Positions 7,799-16,217 of a DNA stretch of 18,354 nucleotides are shown here, in pieces. Origin of the DNA: Deferribacteraceae bacterium (GTDB lineage Bacteria; Chrysiogenota; Deferribacteres; Deferribacterales; JAISNW01); contig JAITJJ010000017.1 in the NCBI GenBank assembly GCA_031278965.1, forward strand, positions 1 to 18,354. Reading direction: 5' to 3'. Under the pieces are notes generated by a model that saw only the letters and a list, made by a program, of their open reading frames with translations, ran no database searches and was not told the origin of the DNA. The position numbers were made by a program, and so were the translations under genes. Each line of letters opens with the position of its first letter. Within the stretch, counting starts at the first letter, position 1.

Positions 7799-7847
7799 AA
7801 AAAATACCTATATAATCAGCGCTCAGATCGCCTTTAACAAAGGCAAA
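7788..7847. repeat. Direct repeat copy A. It is a degenerate duplicate of the last ~20 codons of accC (4-bp deletion, 2 substitutions) fused to the TPR gene start codon.
   Basis: Hand alignment. 7788-7847 (aactttttcataaaaaatacctatataatcagcgctcagatcgcctttaacaaaggcaaa) versus 8028-8091 (aactttttcataaaaaatacctatCTATataatcGgTgctcagatcgcctttaacaaaggcaaa). Confidence 0.8.
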
Positions 7848-8027
7848 TACTGCCCGAAAAAGTGCAATAACAAATGGTGAGCGAAAGCGGATTTACTCCG
7901 CTGCAACGAACCTGAATCGCTAGCTGAGCGTGAGCGAAGCGAATTATGCGACGAAGCGAGCAGCGAACGAGATTGCCATATCGGGGGATAGGTAGAAAGG
8001 TAACCTGTCCCCTTTCTGAACACTATT
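7848..8027. other. ~180-bp unique insert between the direct repeats. It is rich in GAGCGA(A)GCG motifs and has no credible ORF.
   Basis: The only ORF (7823..8038, 71 aa) is low-complexity S/R/L-rich and begins inside the duplicated repeat. The sequence holds several short hairpins. Confidence 0.5.
7984..8017 (+). terminator. Intrinsic-terminator-like hairpin on the plus strand: GGGGA-t-AGGT-agaaaggta-ACCT-g-TCCCC followed by TTTCT.
   Basis: Read by eye. A 9-bp interrupted GC-rich stem with a T-rich tail. No co-directional plus-strand gene is upstream, so the function is unclear. Confidence 0.25.
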
Positions 8028-8091
8028 AACTTTTTCATAAAAAATACCTATCTATATAATCGGTGCTCAGATCGCCTTTAACAAAGGCAAA
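8028..8091. repeat. Direct repeat copy B, the authentic accC 3' end.
   Basis: Encodes the accC C-terminus ...[18 protein letters not shown]. Confidence 0.8.
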
Positions 8092-9372
8092 ATGCTCCAA
8101 TATCTGCTTATGCAGAGGGATTGAAGTTTCTATCCCGTGCACTATAAATTCATCCAGAGAGCGTTTCATGCGGGCAATCGCCTCGTTTCGGTCTTCCCCG
8201 ATAACAATCAGCTTTGCTATCATGGAATCGTAATACGGCAAAACAGTATACCCTGTATATAGATTGGAATCAACCCTAACCCCATACCCTCCGGGGGAAT
8301 AGTATTCCGACACATTTCCTGGAGACGGTCGGAAAGAAACGGGATTTTCCGCATTTATACGGCACTCTATGGCATGCCCCAACAGTTTAATATCGTTTTG
8401 CACAATTTTCAGTTTCTCTCCGTCCGCGGTGCGTATCTGGAGCTTAATGAGATCCACCCCGGTGATCATCTCGGTTACGGCGTGCTCTACCTGTATGCGG
8501 GTGTTCATCTCCATAAAATAAAAGTTGCCGTGCTTATCTACCAAATATTCCAGCGTTCCCGCATTGCGATAACCCAGAGTTTTAACTGCATTTACGGAGA
8601 TTTCTCCCATCTTTTTGCGCAATTCCCCGCTTACACCGATGCTTGGGGCTTCCTCAAGGAGTTTCTGATGCCTCCGCTGAATGGAACACTCCCTTTCAAA
8701 AAAGTGAACCGCATTCCCGTAATGATCTCCAAATACCTGAACTTCTATATGCCTGGGGTTTTCTATAAATTTTTCAATATAAACCTCGTCATTGCCAAAT
8801 GCCTGCCCCGCCTCCCCTTTTGCAAGGTCAAAGTTATTGCGGAAAGAGATTTCATTATTGGCAACTCTCATTCCCTTCCCGCCTCCGCCAGCGCTTGCCT
8901 TAATTATGACTGGAAAACCGATGGAAGCGGCAAAATCCAGAGCCTCGTCAAGGGTTTTTACAACCCCGTCGCTTCCGGGCACCACAGGCATGCCAAGCGA
9001 GCGCATGGTCTCTTTTGCTGCAGACTTGTTGCCCATGATCTCAATATGCTCCGAAGACGGTCCCACAAAAGCAAATCCGCACTCCTCGCAGACTTTGGCA
9101 AACCCAGAATTCTCTGACAGAAAGCCGTAGCCTGGATGTATTGCGTCCGCTTGGGCTATTTCGGCGGCGGCAATAATATTTTTTATATTGCGGTAGCTTT
9201 TTGATGAATCCGCAGGACCGATGCAGACCGCCTCGTCTGCAAAAGCAACATGCAGGGATTCCTTGTCCACATCCGAATATACTGCAATACTGCGAATCCC
9301 CAGCTCTCGGCAAGCCCTTATTATTCTAAGGGCGATCTCGCCGCGATTTGCTATAAGGATTTTTTTGAACAT
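8035..9372 (-). CDS. accC: Acetyl-CoA carboxylase, biotin carboxylase subunit.
   Basis: 445 aa. [22 protein letters not shown]-terminus, ATP-grasp glycine-rich loop, and [10 protein letters not shown]. It sits directly downstream of accB with a TAATG overlap. Confidence 0.95.
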   Translation of the reverse strand: MFKKILIANRGEIALRIIRACRELGIRSIAVYSDVDKESLHVAFADEAVCIGPADSSKSYRNIKNIIAAAEIAQADAIHPGYGFLSENSGFAKVCEECGFAFVGPSSEHIEIMGNKSAAKETMRSLGMPVVPGSDGVVKTLDEALDFAASIGFPVIIKASAGGGGKGMRVANNEISFRNNFDLAKGEAGQAFGNDEVYIEKFIENPRHIEVQVFGDHYGNAVHFFERECSIQRRHQKLLEEAPSIGVSGELRKKMGEISVNAVKTLGYRNAGTLEYLVDKHGNFYFMEMNTRIQVEHAVTEMITGVDLIKLQIRTADGEKLKIVQNDIKLLGHAIECRINAENPVSFRPSPGNVSEYYSPGGYGVRVDSNLYTGYTVLPYYDSMIAKLIVIGEDRNEAIARMKRSLDEFIVHGIETSIPLHKQILEHFAFVKGDLSTDYIDRYFL

Positions 9373-9812
9373 TATATGGCTTCCACCACAAAGATTGGCT
9401 GGCCGTATTCCACCGGATCCCCGTTTGCCACTAAAATATCAACTATGCGGCAACGGTAATCCGCCTCAATGGTATTCATTATCTTCATTGCCTCAATTAT
9501 GCAGAGGGTCTGCCCCTTTTCGGCTATATCTCCGGCTTTGACAAAAGGAGCTGCCCCTTGGGACGGCGCGGCGTAATATGTTCCTATCATCGGGGATTCA
9601 ATATAATTTCCTTCTTTCACGCTCCGCTCAACGGCTTTTTCTTCAACAACCGCTTCCTCTTTGGAGTGTGCAGGAACGGGCGTATAGTGTTCTTGGGAAA
9701 ATTTTGCGGCTTTGGACAGATATATGCGTTCCTCACCGCTTTCAACTTCAATCTCTGTTAAACCGGATCGGTCAAAGAAACGGATCAACTCTTTAACATC
9801 TTTTAGTTCCAA
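9372..9812 (-). CDS. accB: Acetyl-CoA carboxylase biotin carboxyl carrier protein.
   Basis: 146 aa with the C-terminal biotinyl domain and EAMKIMN biotinylation motif. Confidence 0.9.
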   Translation of the reverse strand: MELKDVKELIRFFDRSGLTEIEVESGEERIYLSKAAKFSQEHYTPVPAHSKEEAVVEEKAVERSVKEGNYIESPMIGTYYAAPSQGAAPFVKAGDIAEKGQTLCIIEAMKIMNTIEADYRCRIVDILVANGDPVEYGQPIFVVEAI

Positions 9813-9827
9813 TTTAGTCTCCTAACT

Positions 9828-10403
9828 TTAATCAGCGCGTTTTATGCGCTCTATATACACCCCTTCCCTGGTATCAACCTTAATTATATCACCTATGTTG
9901 ATAAAGAGAGGAACGCTTACAATTCCGCCGGCGGATAGCTTTGCGGGTTTGGTGGCGCCTGTTACGGTGTCGCCTTTTAAGCCAGGGTCCGTTTCCACCA
10001 CCGGAAGTTCCACAAAGTTCGGGAGGGTGATCCCTATGGGAGCTTTATTAAATATCTGAACCGTAACTATGGTATTTTCCGCCATAAAGTCTTTGGCATC
10101 CCCCGCCACATCAACCGGAATGTCAAACTGCTCAAAGGAGACGCTGTCCATAAAATAGCAGTTATCCGCATCTCTGTAAAGATACTGCATCTGTTTTTGT
10201 TCAAAATCGGGCTGTTTAATCTTTTCGTCTGAAATATAGGTGCGCTCTATCACCCGCCCGGAGATCAGATTTTTTACCTTTGTGCGGACATTCGCTCCGC
10301 CGCGCCCCACCTTTATATGCAGATACTCCACAACGCTGTAAGGTTCGCCGTCTATTTCAATTTTGATTCCTTTCTTAAACTGGTTTGGGGTTATCACTGC
10401 CAT
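9828..10403 (-). CDS. efp: Translation elongation factor P. Arg sits at the tip of the beta3-beta4 loop (KVGRGGA).
   Basis: 191 aa. KOW-like domain I, central FMD..FEQ, C-terminal GDT..G..KPA and VP.FI..GD.I.VDTR motifs. Confidence 0.9.
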   Translation of the reverse strand: MAVITPNQFKKGIKIEIDGEPYSVVEYLHIKVGRGGANVRTKVKNLISGRVIERTYISDEKIKQPDFEQKQMQYLYRDADNCYFMDSVSFEQFDIPVDVAGDAKDFMAENTIVTVQIFNKAPIGITLPNFVELPVVETDPGLKGDTVTGATKPAKLSAGGIVSVPLFINIGDIIKVDTREGVYIERIKRAD

Positions 10404-10415
10404 AAACTCTCCTTC

Positions 10416-11465
10416 TTAGCTATTAAAAGAATATATATAATCATCAAGTCTGCTTAAATCCTCATATCCGTTTTCGATGACGCGGACAGTGTCTTCCAGG
10501 CGCACCCCAAACTCTTTTGGGAGATATATCCCCGGCTCAATAGTAAAGATCATATTTTGGACGATTATCTCTTCGCTTCCCGGTCGGATTGTTGGGGCCT
10601 CATGAACATCAACCCCCACTCCGTGCCCCGTGCCGTGCGAAAAATACTCTCCATATCCAAACTTTTCTATTACTCCTCTTGCCGCGGCATCAATGTCGCG
10701 GGCAACAACCCCCGGTTTTACCTTCTCTTTGGCGGCGTTTAATGCTTCCAGAACTATCTTTGCAACTTCGCCTGTCTTGGCGTTTCCCCCGTTATACAGG
10801 AAGCGGGTATAGTCACTTGTGTATAGTTTTTTTGTGCCAAAATCAACAATAATAGCATCGTCTATTGAAATAATCTTTTTGGTCGGTTCTCCGTGCGGAA
10901 GCGCCCCGCGGACTCCCGAAGCGGTTATGGTGGGAAAAGACAGGGATACCCCCAGTTTCTTCATATTATATTCAAGCGCCGCCGCCCAAGACGTTTCACT
11001 CTCTCCGCTTTTAAAACTCTCTAATGATGCCGTAAATGCTTTTGCAGCAATGGCGTATTGCTCCTTTACCGCAGCTGTCTCTTCAGCGCTCTTAACCGCC
11101 CTTAAAGTGGAAAGCGTTCCGTCTTCCAACGCAATTTCTGCACCATGAGCTGATAAAATCAGATAGTTTGAATAGACGCACCCCCTCTGTATTGTTATCT
11201 TTTTTCGTTTTTTTGCTAATTCGGTTAGATATTCGCTGTAACTTCTGGCTATTTCAATCTCCCATTCAGAGCCTAACAGTTCTTCGGCATAAAGCCTATA
11301 CCGGCTGTCGGTAATAAAGATTGGTTTTACCCCATCTAAAACGATATAAGCCGCGGAGCCGGTAAAACCGGTAAGCCAGCCTATATCAGAGAGAGATGTA
11401 ATAATATATCTCCCGTAATCTCTATCCGAAAGGGCGTTTAAAAGACGGTTAAGGTTATTCATCAA
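10416..11465 (-). CDS. M24-family Xaa-Pro aminopeptidase/dipeptidase (PepP/PepQ-like).
   Basis: 349 aa. The pita-bread metal-binding blocks HGTGHGVGVDVHE and the TIEPGIY...G.R.ED motif. Confidence 0.85.
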   Translation of the reverse strand: MMNNLNRLLNALSDRDYGRYIITSLSDIGWLTGFTGSAAYIVLDGVKPIFITDSRYRLYAEELLGSEWEIEIARSYSEYLTELAKKRKKITIQRGCVYSNYLILSAHGAEIALEDGTLSTLRAVKSAEETAAVKEQYAIAAKAFTASLESFKSGESETSWAAALEYNMKKLGVSLSFPTITASGVRGALPHGEPTKKIISIDDAIIVDFGTKKLYTSDYTRFLYNGGNAKTGEVAKIVLEALNAAKEKVKPGVVARDIDAAARGVIEKFGYGEYFSHGTGHGVGVDVHEAPTIRPGSEEIIVQNMIFTIEPGIYLPKEFGVRLEDTVRVIENGYEDLSRLDDYIYSFNS

Positions 11466-13125
11466 GATTATCTTTCTTTTGTATTGCAGTATCTATCTTT
11501 TCAGAATCATCGGCAAATACTTCTTCAATATCCACCCCGCCCTCTTTTAAGACAGCCTCCAAAAGGTTGCTTGGAATGAACGGGGCGGTGCTGTCTGGAG
11601 CTTGATCTGTTTTTTCTGCGATCCCTTCGGAGGATATGACAGTTTCGGCGGCTTCATCTTCCTCGCCGAAAGCGGCAAGGGCTTTAGGCAGAGCGTCAAG
11701 CGCCTTCACATCTTCCGGTATCGGCTCATTTATGGCAGAGAGAGCGGAGAGGGGAACCGTCTCTCCCTCCTCATCTTCATCCTGAATAGCGTTTAGGGCA
11801 GATGCAAGGTTTTCAAGAGCGTCGCCCTCGTCTGTTTCTTCATCCTCCGGTGGTTTTACGGCTATTTCATCTTCCGGAACATCTTCCGCACTTTCCGTCT
11901 GCCCCCCCCCTTCGTCAACTTCAGTTGGGTCTGTGGGAGGGAGGGGGATTTCAGGGAGCTTTTCCGGCGGGATATATTCCAATATTGCAGGTTTTTCTTC
12001 TCTTTTTGCGGCGGTTTCCGATTCGCTCTCTGCAGATTCTGTAAAAGCGGCGCTTTCTGACGGTTCCGTTATAACATCGGCGTTTACGGATTCCGCCGTC
12101 AAATCCAAATCCAAATCAGCGTAACTTTCCGCCGCCCTTGCAATGGCGGCGATCCCGCTGTCGGCATCGCTCTCTAAATCTTGTCTGTCTAGAGAGAGGT
12201 TTAATGCGTCTTGGAGAGAGAGGGGTTCTTCGCCTTCTTCAGAATCCGCCGCCTCTGCTGGAATTGCTGCAGGATCGGCGCTCTCCAATTCTATTTCCTC
12301 CGTTGCGGAGAGCATATCCGAATAGTCAATCGCTTCCGGGGGGAGAGCCTCTTCTTCGGGTTCGGGGGTTATGTTGGCATCCGCCAACGCCTTTAATATA
12401 TCCTCATTGCTCATATCGGGGGCTTTATCTATTGCGTCATCCCCCGACGGATAATCCACCTTCGCGACTCCCGCCACCGCTTGCTCTGCGGCTTGTTTTG
12501 CCAGAGTAGCGCTATGATCGCTTATCAAGTGATCAAGCGTCTTGCCTTGCTGTTTATAATTATTTATCTCGCGGGAGAGTTCATTTAAAGCTGTTTCAGC
12601 ATTCGTAAGAAGCGTTGGGATTCCAAATTGGGGATCGTCCGCGTCATAGTCAAAGATATCATCGGCTTCTTCTGCAACTGCAACGCTCTTATCCATAAAG
12701 TTGGCAAGCCCGCCTATATCATCCAGCCACGTAATAAGCTCCGTGTCTTCCGGGGCTTTCATATAGGCGGCGCGAAGATATTTTATGGCGTTGTCATTAT
12801 CGGCTTCACTCTTAAAGATCACCCCCAATAACTTAAAAGCCTTGTAGTTATCTTCATCTGAAAGCACCGCATCAAATAATATCTCCCGCGCCTCGTCTTT
12901 GCGCCCTACATGCATATACGCCTCTGCCAGAAGCACTTGCAGATGGGTGCAGAACTGACTGCGTTTAAGCCCTTCCTCCGCAATGGTTATGGCATCGGTA
13001 TATTCGCCGAGTTTGATATTAAGATATGCTATGGGAACCGAATAATCATTTTCCGGCTTCTCATCCGCTTCCGAATGGAAGAAGTCAAGGTCGGCAAGAT
13101 AGGCAGCCTTTACCTTTTCTTCCAC
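11455..13125 (-). CDS. Highly acidic 556-aa protein. It has an N-terminal TPR-like helical region followed by ~350 aa of low-complexity D/E/A/S-rich sequence.
   Basis: The ORF fills the metG-to-aminopeptidase interval exactly: 4-nt gap to metG, 11-nt overlap with the next gene. The N-terminal 150 aa are TPR-like (LAEAYMHVGRKDEA..., YKAFKLLGVIF...). I recognise no family. Confidence 0.6.
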   Translation of the reverse strand: MEEKVKAAYLADLDFFHSEADEKPENDYSVPIAYLNIKLGEYTDAITIAEEGLKRSQFCTHLQVLLAEAYMHVGRKDEAREILFDAVLSDEDNYKAFKLLGVIFKSEADNDNAIKYLRAAYMKAPEDTELITWLDDIGGLANFMDKSVAVAEEADDIFDYDADDPQFGIPTLLTNAETALNELSREINNYKQQGKTLDHLISDHSATLAKQAAEQAVAGVAKVDYPSGDDAIDKAPDMSNEDILKALADANITPEPEEEALPPEAIDYSDMLSATEEIELESADPAAIPAEAADSEEGEEPLSLQDALNLSLDRQDLESDADSGIAAIARAAESYADLDLDLTAESVNADVITEPSESAAFTESAESESETAAKREEKPAILEYIPPEKLPEIPLPPTDPTEVDEGGGQTESAEDVPEDEIAVKPPEDEETDEGDALENLASALNAIQDEDEEGETVPLSALSAINEPIPEDVKALDALPKALAAFGEEDEAAETVISSEGIAEKTDQAPDSTAPFIPSNLLEAVLKEGGVDIEEVFADDSEKIDTAIQKKDNLDE

Positions 13126-13129
13126 AGCT

Positions 13130-15043
13130 CTATTTTATCGGTGTTCCGGCGGCAACGGTGTCCGGCAGGAAGAGCAGGGAGTGTTTTTCGCCGTCAGAGG
13201 CGGCAAGCACCATCCCGTGTGAGAGCACTCCCATAAGTTTGGCAGGTTTAAGGTTAGAAACAAAGACAACGGTTTTCCCGACAAGCTCCGCCGGGGCAAA
13301 GCTTTTGGCGATCCCCGCCATAACGGTTCTCACTCCAGTTCCATCGTTTATGGAGAGTTTTAGAAGTTTTTCTGAGTTTTCCGCCTTTTCAGCCGCCTCA
13401 ATCTTTCCCGCGATAAGGCGCACTTTTGAAAAATCCTCAATCCCTATCAGAGATTCGGGGGCTACCGCTTTGGGTGCGGTTTTTTGGGGATCGCTCTTTA
13501 TGCTTGCCATAACCTCCGCCGGATCAAGGCGCGGAAAGAGGGGGGCGATATCCCCAAGCGCTCCCGGCTTCAAGGTTTTAACCGCCAACAGATCTTCCGC
13601 CGAAGAGAAGCGGGCTATATGGGGAACGCCTAACTCTCCGCAGAGTTTGAGGGCGGTTTCCGGCATAAAAGGGGTGATAAGGCGGGAGAGGATGCCAATG
13701 GCGTCACATGCTGTATAGAGCACCGTGTCAAGGCGTTCAGGAGAATTTTTTGCCAAATCCCAAGGTTTTTCGGTATCTATATATTTATTCAGAGCGCCCA
13801 CTATCCCCCAAGCGGAAGCAAGGGCTTTATTGAAGGCGGTTTCATCCATAAAAGAAATATATTCTTTTCCCAGACGTTCAACCTCACTATAGAGTGCGTT
13901 CTCCCGCCCCGTCAATGGGTTTGGAGCAGGAATCACCCCGTTTTTATAGCGGTTCACCATTCCCAGAGTGCGGTTCACAAGGTTTCCCAGATCATTTGCC
14001 AGATCGCCGTTTATCCTGTGGATCAAGGCCTTATATGAAAAATCTCCGTCAAGACCGAAAGTAACCTCCCTCAGCATAAAATATCGCACCTGATCATTTC
14101 CGAATTTGTCGGTTAGGTAAAACGGATCTATGGCGTTTCCAAGAGATTTGGACATCTTCTGTCCCTCCACTGTCCACCAGCCGTGTGCAAATATCTGCTT
14201 GGGGAGGGAGAGATCAAGCGCCATAAGGAGGGTGGGCCAGTAGACCGAGTGAAAGCGGAGAATATCTTTGCCCACCATATGTGTGCAATTCTCCCAAAAC
14301 TTCTGAAAGAGCGGAGAGTTTTCAGTATAGCCTAAAGCGGAGAGGTAATTTATAAGAGCGTCAACCCATACGTACACCACATGTTTGGGATCTCCCTTTA
14401 CGGGTATCCCCCAGCTGAAAGTGACGCGGCTGACGGAGAGATCCTTTAACCCCTCTTTAATAAAAGCTGTTATCTCATTCTTGCGCGATTCCGGTCTTAT
14501 AAAGTTTGGATTGTCTTCTATATGTTTTAAGAGGCGGTCTTGATATTTGGACATCTTAAAAAAATAGGTTGCCTCTTTCATACGAACGGTGGGTCTTCCG
14601 CAATCGGGGCAGAGATTGCCTTCGCTAAGCTGGGTTTCTGTCCAAAACGCTTCGCAAGGAGTGCAGTACCATCCTTCGTAATCCCCCGGATATATATCGC
14701 CTTTCTCTCTAAGAAGCTCAAAGGCAGCCTGCACCGTTTCTATATGGCGTTTTTCGGTGGTGCGGATAAAATCATCGTTAGAAATGCCGAGCTTTTCCCA
14801 TAGGGCAATGTAACGGGTAACCACCTGATCTGCAAGCTCTTGCGGAGTGAGATTTTTTGCGGCAGCGGCTTGGGCTATCTTCTGACCGTGTTCGTCTGTT
14901 CCTGTCAGAAAAAAGGTGTCAATCCCCCGCAAACGTTTGTAACGCGCAATCGTGTCCACGGCGAGGGTTGTATAAAGATGGCCTATATGAGGCACATCGT
15001 TTACATAATATATGGGCGTAGTAATATAAAATGTTTCAGACAT
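13130..15043 (-). CDS. metG: Methionyl-tRNA synthetase with a C-terminal EMAP/Trbp111-like tRNA-binding domain.
   Basis: 637 aa. HIGH motif (PHIGHLYT), KMSKS (KMSKSLGN), Zn-knuckle cysteines (CTPC...CPDC), and a C-terminal OB-fold. A GGAGA RBS lies 7 nt upstream. Confidence 0.95.
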   Translation of the reverse strand: MSETFYITTPIYYVNDVPHIGHLYTTLAVDTIARYKRLRGIDTFFLTGTDEHGQKIAQAAAAKNLTPQELADQVVTRYIALWEKLGISNDDFIRTTEKRHIETVQAAFELLREKGDIYPGDYEGWYCTPCEAFWTETQLSEGNLCPDCGRPTVRMKEATYFFKMSKYQDRLLKHIEDNPNFIRPESRKNEITAFIKEGLKDLSVSRVTFSWGIPVKGDPKHVVYVWVDALINYLSALGYTENSPLFQKFWENCTHMVGKDILRFHSVYWPTLLMALDLSLPKQIFAHGWWTVEGQKMSKSLGNAIDPFYLTDKFGNDQVRYFMLREVTFGLDGDFSYKALIHRINGDLANDLGNLVNRTLGMVNRYKNGVIPAPNPLTGRENALYSEVERLGKEYISFMDETAFNKALASAWGIVGALNKYIDTEKPWDLAKNSPERLDTVLYTACDAIGILSRLITPFMPETALKLCGELGVPHIARFSSAEDLLAVKTLKPGALGDIAPLFPRLDPAEVMASIKSDPQKTAPKAVAPESLIGIEDFSKVRLIAGKIEAAEKAENSEKLLKLSINDGTGVRTVMAGIAKSFAPAELVGKTVVFVSNLKPAKLMGVLSHGMVLAASDGEKHSLLFLPDTVAAGTPIK

Positions 15044-15052
15044 TTTATTCTC

Positions 15053-15763
15053 CTATATCATCTTCTCTTCATCGCTACCTGATACCACCAGTTCTGAAAT
15101 CCCTGTTTCCTGTATAATTTCATCCGGCAGTTTGCACCCTTTCTCAAAGAGGAGGCAGCACATAAGTCTTCCGCACACCCCCAATATTTTGGTGGGATTT
15201 GAGCTCTGCCCTTTTGTGGCTTTTACAGATATATTTTCAAACTTACGCAAAAAACAGGAACAACAGAGCTCCCGTCCGCACACCCCAAAACCGCCCAAAA
15301 TCTTTGTGGCATCCCGCACCCCCACCTGTCTCATCTCTATACGGGTTCTGTATATCTTTGCCAAATCTTTCACCAGCTGCCGAAAGTCCACACGGGTATC
15401 GGAGGTGTAATAAAAGGTCAGCTTGCTCCGATCAAGGGTGTATTCGGCAAGCAGTAGCTTCATCTGGAGCTCATTCTGCTCCGCAAGCTCTGCGCAGAGT
15501 TTTACGGCAGCCGTTTCATCAGCGAGATTAGCCTGTCTCGCGGCTAAGTCTTCCCTGTTCGCCTTGCGGAGCACCTTTTTCAGCTGAAAGTTAGCATCAA
15601 TTTTAACCTCCCGCGTGGGATATATAACACAGGCTATATCCTCTCCCTTTTCCGCCTCCACCACAACTTTATCCCCCGCCTTCTCACCAAAGCCGGGGGA
15701 GAGATAATCATATATTTTACTGGCGCGCTTAAACCTAACGCCTGCCGCCATAACCGTTTTCAA
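15053..15763 (-). CDS. ricT: PSP1 C-terminal domain protein (RicT/YaaT family).
   Basis: 236 aa. N-terminal VRFKRASKIYDY, and the paired cysteine blocks GGFGVCGRELCCSCFL / KILGVCGRLMCCL characteristic of PSP1/RicT. The start may instead be the second Met at 15751. Confidence 0.85.
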   Translation of the reverse strand: MKTVMAAGVRFKRASKIYDYLSPGFGEKAGDKVVVEAEKGEDIACVIYPTREVKIDANFQLKKVLRKANREDLAARQANLADETAAVKLCAELAEQNELQMKLLLAEYTLDRSKLTFYYTSDTRVDFRQLVKDLAKIYRTRIEMRQVGVRDATKILGGFGVCGRELCCSCFLRKFENISVKATKGQSSNPTKILGVCGRLMCCLLFEKGCKLPDEIIQETGISELVVSGSDEEKMI

Positions 15764-16139
15764 AACACACCCCGTCAGTTAAACTGTGCAATTATATCTT
15801 AAATATCAGAGATAAACAAGGCGGAATTTGGAAAGGGAAAGGAGGGGGGTATATATGACGGTTGATTTAATCCTGCCGGGTATTTGTGCAAGGCGGACAG
15901 ATTAATTAATATAATTAAGCCTCTGTATGTTTTTAAGGATTATGTTTTTATAGACATACAGTTAATCAGATTAAGTATTTATCTCGCTGATGATTATGAA
16001 TAAATTATGATTTTATTTCAAAATACATGTCTTTCAAAATCAAACATAGCAAACCCTCTCCCGCTAATTTTCCACGGATTATATAAACTTGGGAAAAATG
16101 TCATATCCCTGTAAAATTTTATTTATTTAGCTTTATAAA

Positions 16140-16168
16140 TTGACTTTCACATAAGAATTAAATAAAAT
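16140..16168 (+). promoter_or_regulatory. Putative sigma70 promoter for the flotillin gene: TTGACT - 17 nt - TAAAAT.
   Basis: Read by eye, ~50 nt upstream of the AAGGTGG RBS and the ATG at 16218. Confidence 0.4.
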
Positions 16169-16217
16169 TTAGTTCAGACTTTCAGAGAGTTTAATTTAGT
16201 ATTTTAAGGTGGGATAT

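Noticed and set aside
7860-7980. GAGCGA(A)GCG tandem-like motifs, considered as a CRISPR or REP array.
   Set aside because: The units are irregular in length and spacing, with no repeat-spacer periodicity and no cas genes. A palindromic REP consensus is not apparent.
7823-8038. 71-aa minus-strand ORF in the accC-TPR spacer (MKKLIVFRK...).
   Set aside because: Its start codon and first codons are simply the duplicated TPR-gene start within repeat copy B. The rest is a low-complexity S/R/L reading of the GAGCGA-rich insert.
8374-9541. Plus-strand ORFs 8374..9117, 8792..9130, 9221..9541, 9250..9459 and minus-strand 9041..9313, all overlapping accC/accB.
   Set aside because: accC and accB are unambiguous and full length. 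The overlapping frames give proline/arginine-rich nonsense typical of antisense or off-frame readings.
13026-13718. Plus-strand 230-aa ORF spanning the metG 3' end.
   Set aside because: It is antisense to the MetRS C-terminal tRNA-binding domain, low-complexity, and has no start context.
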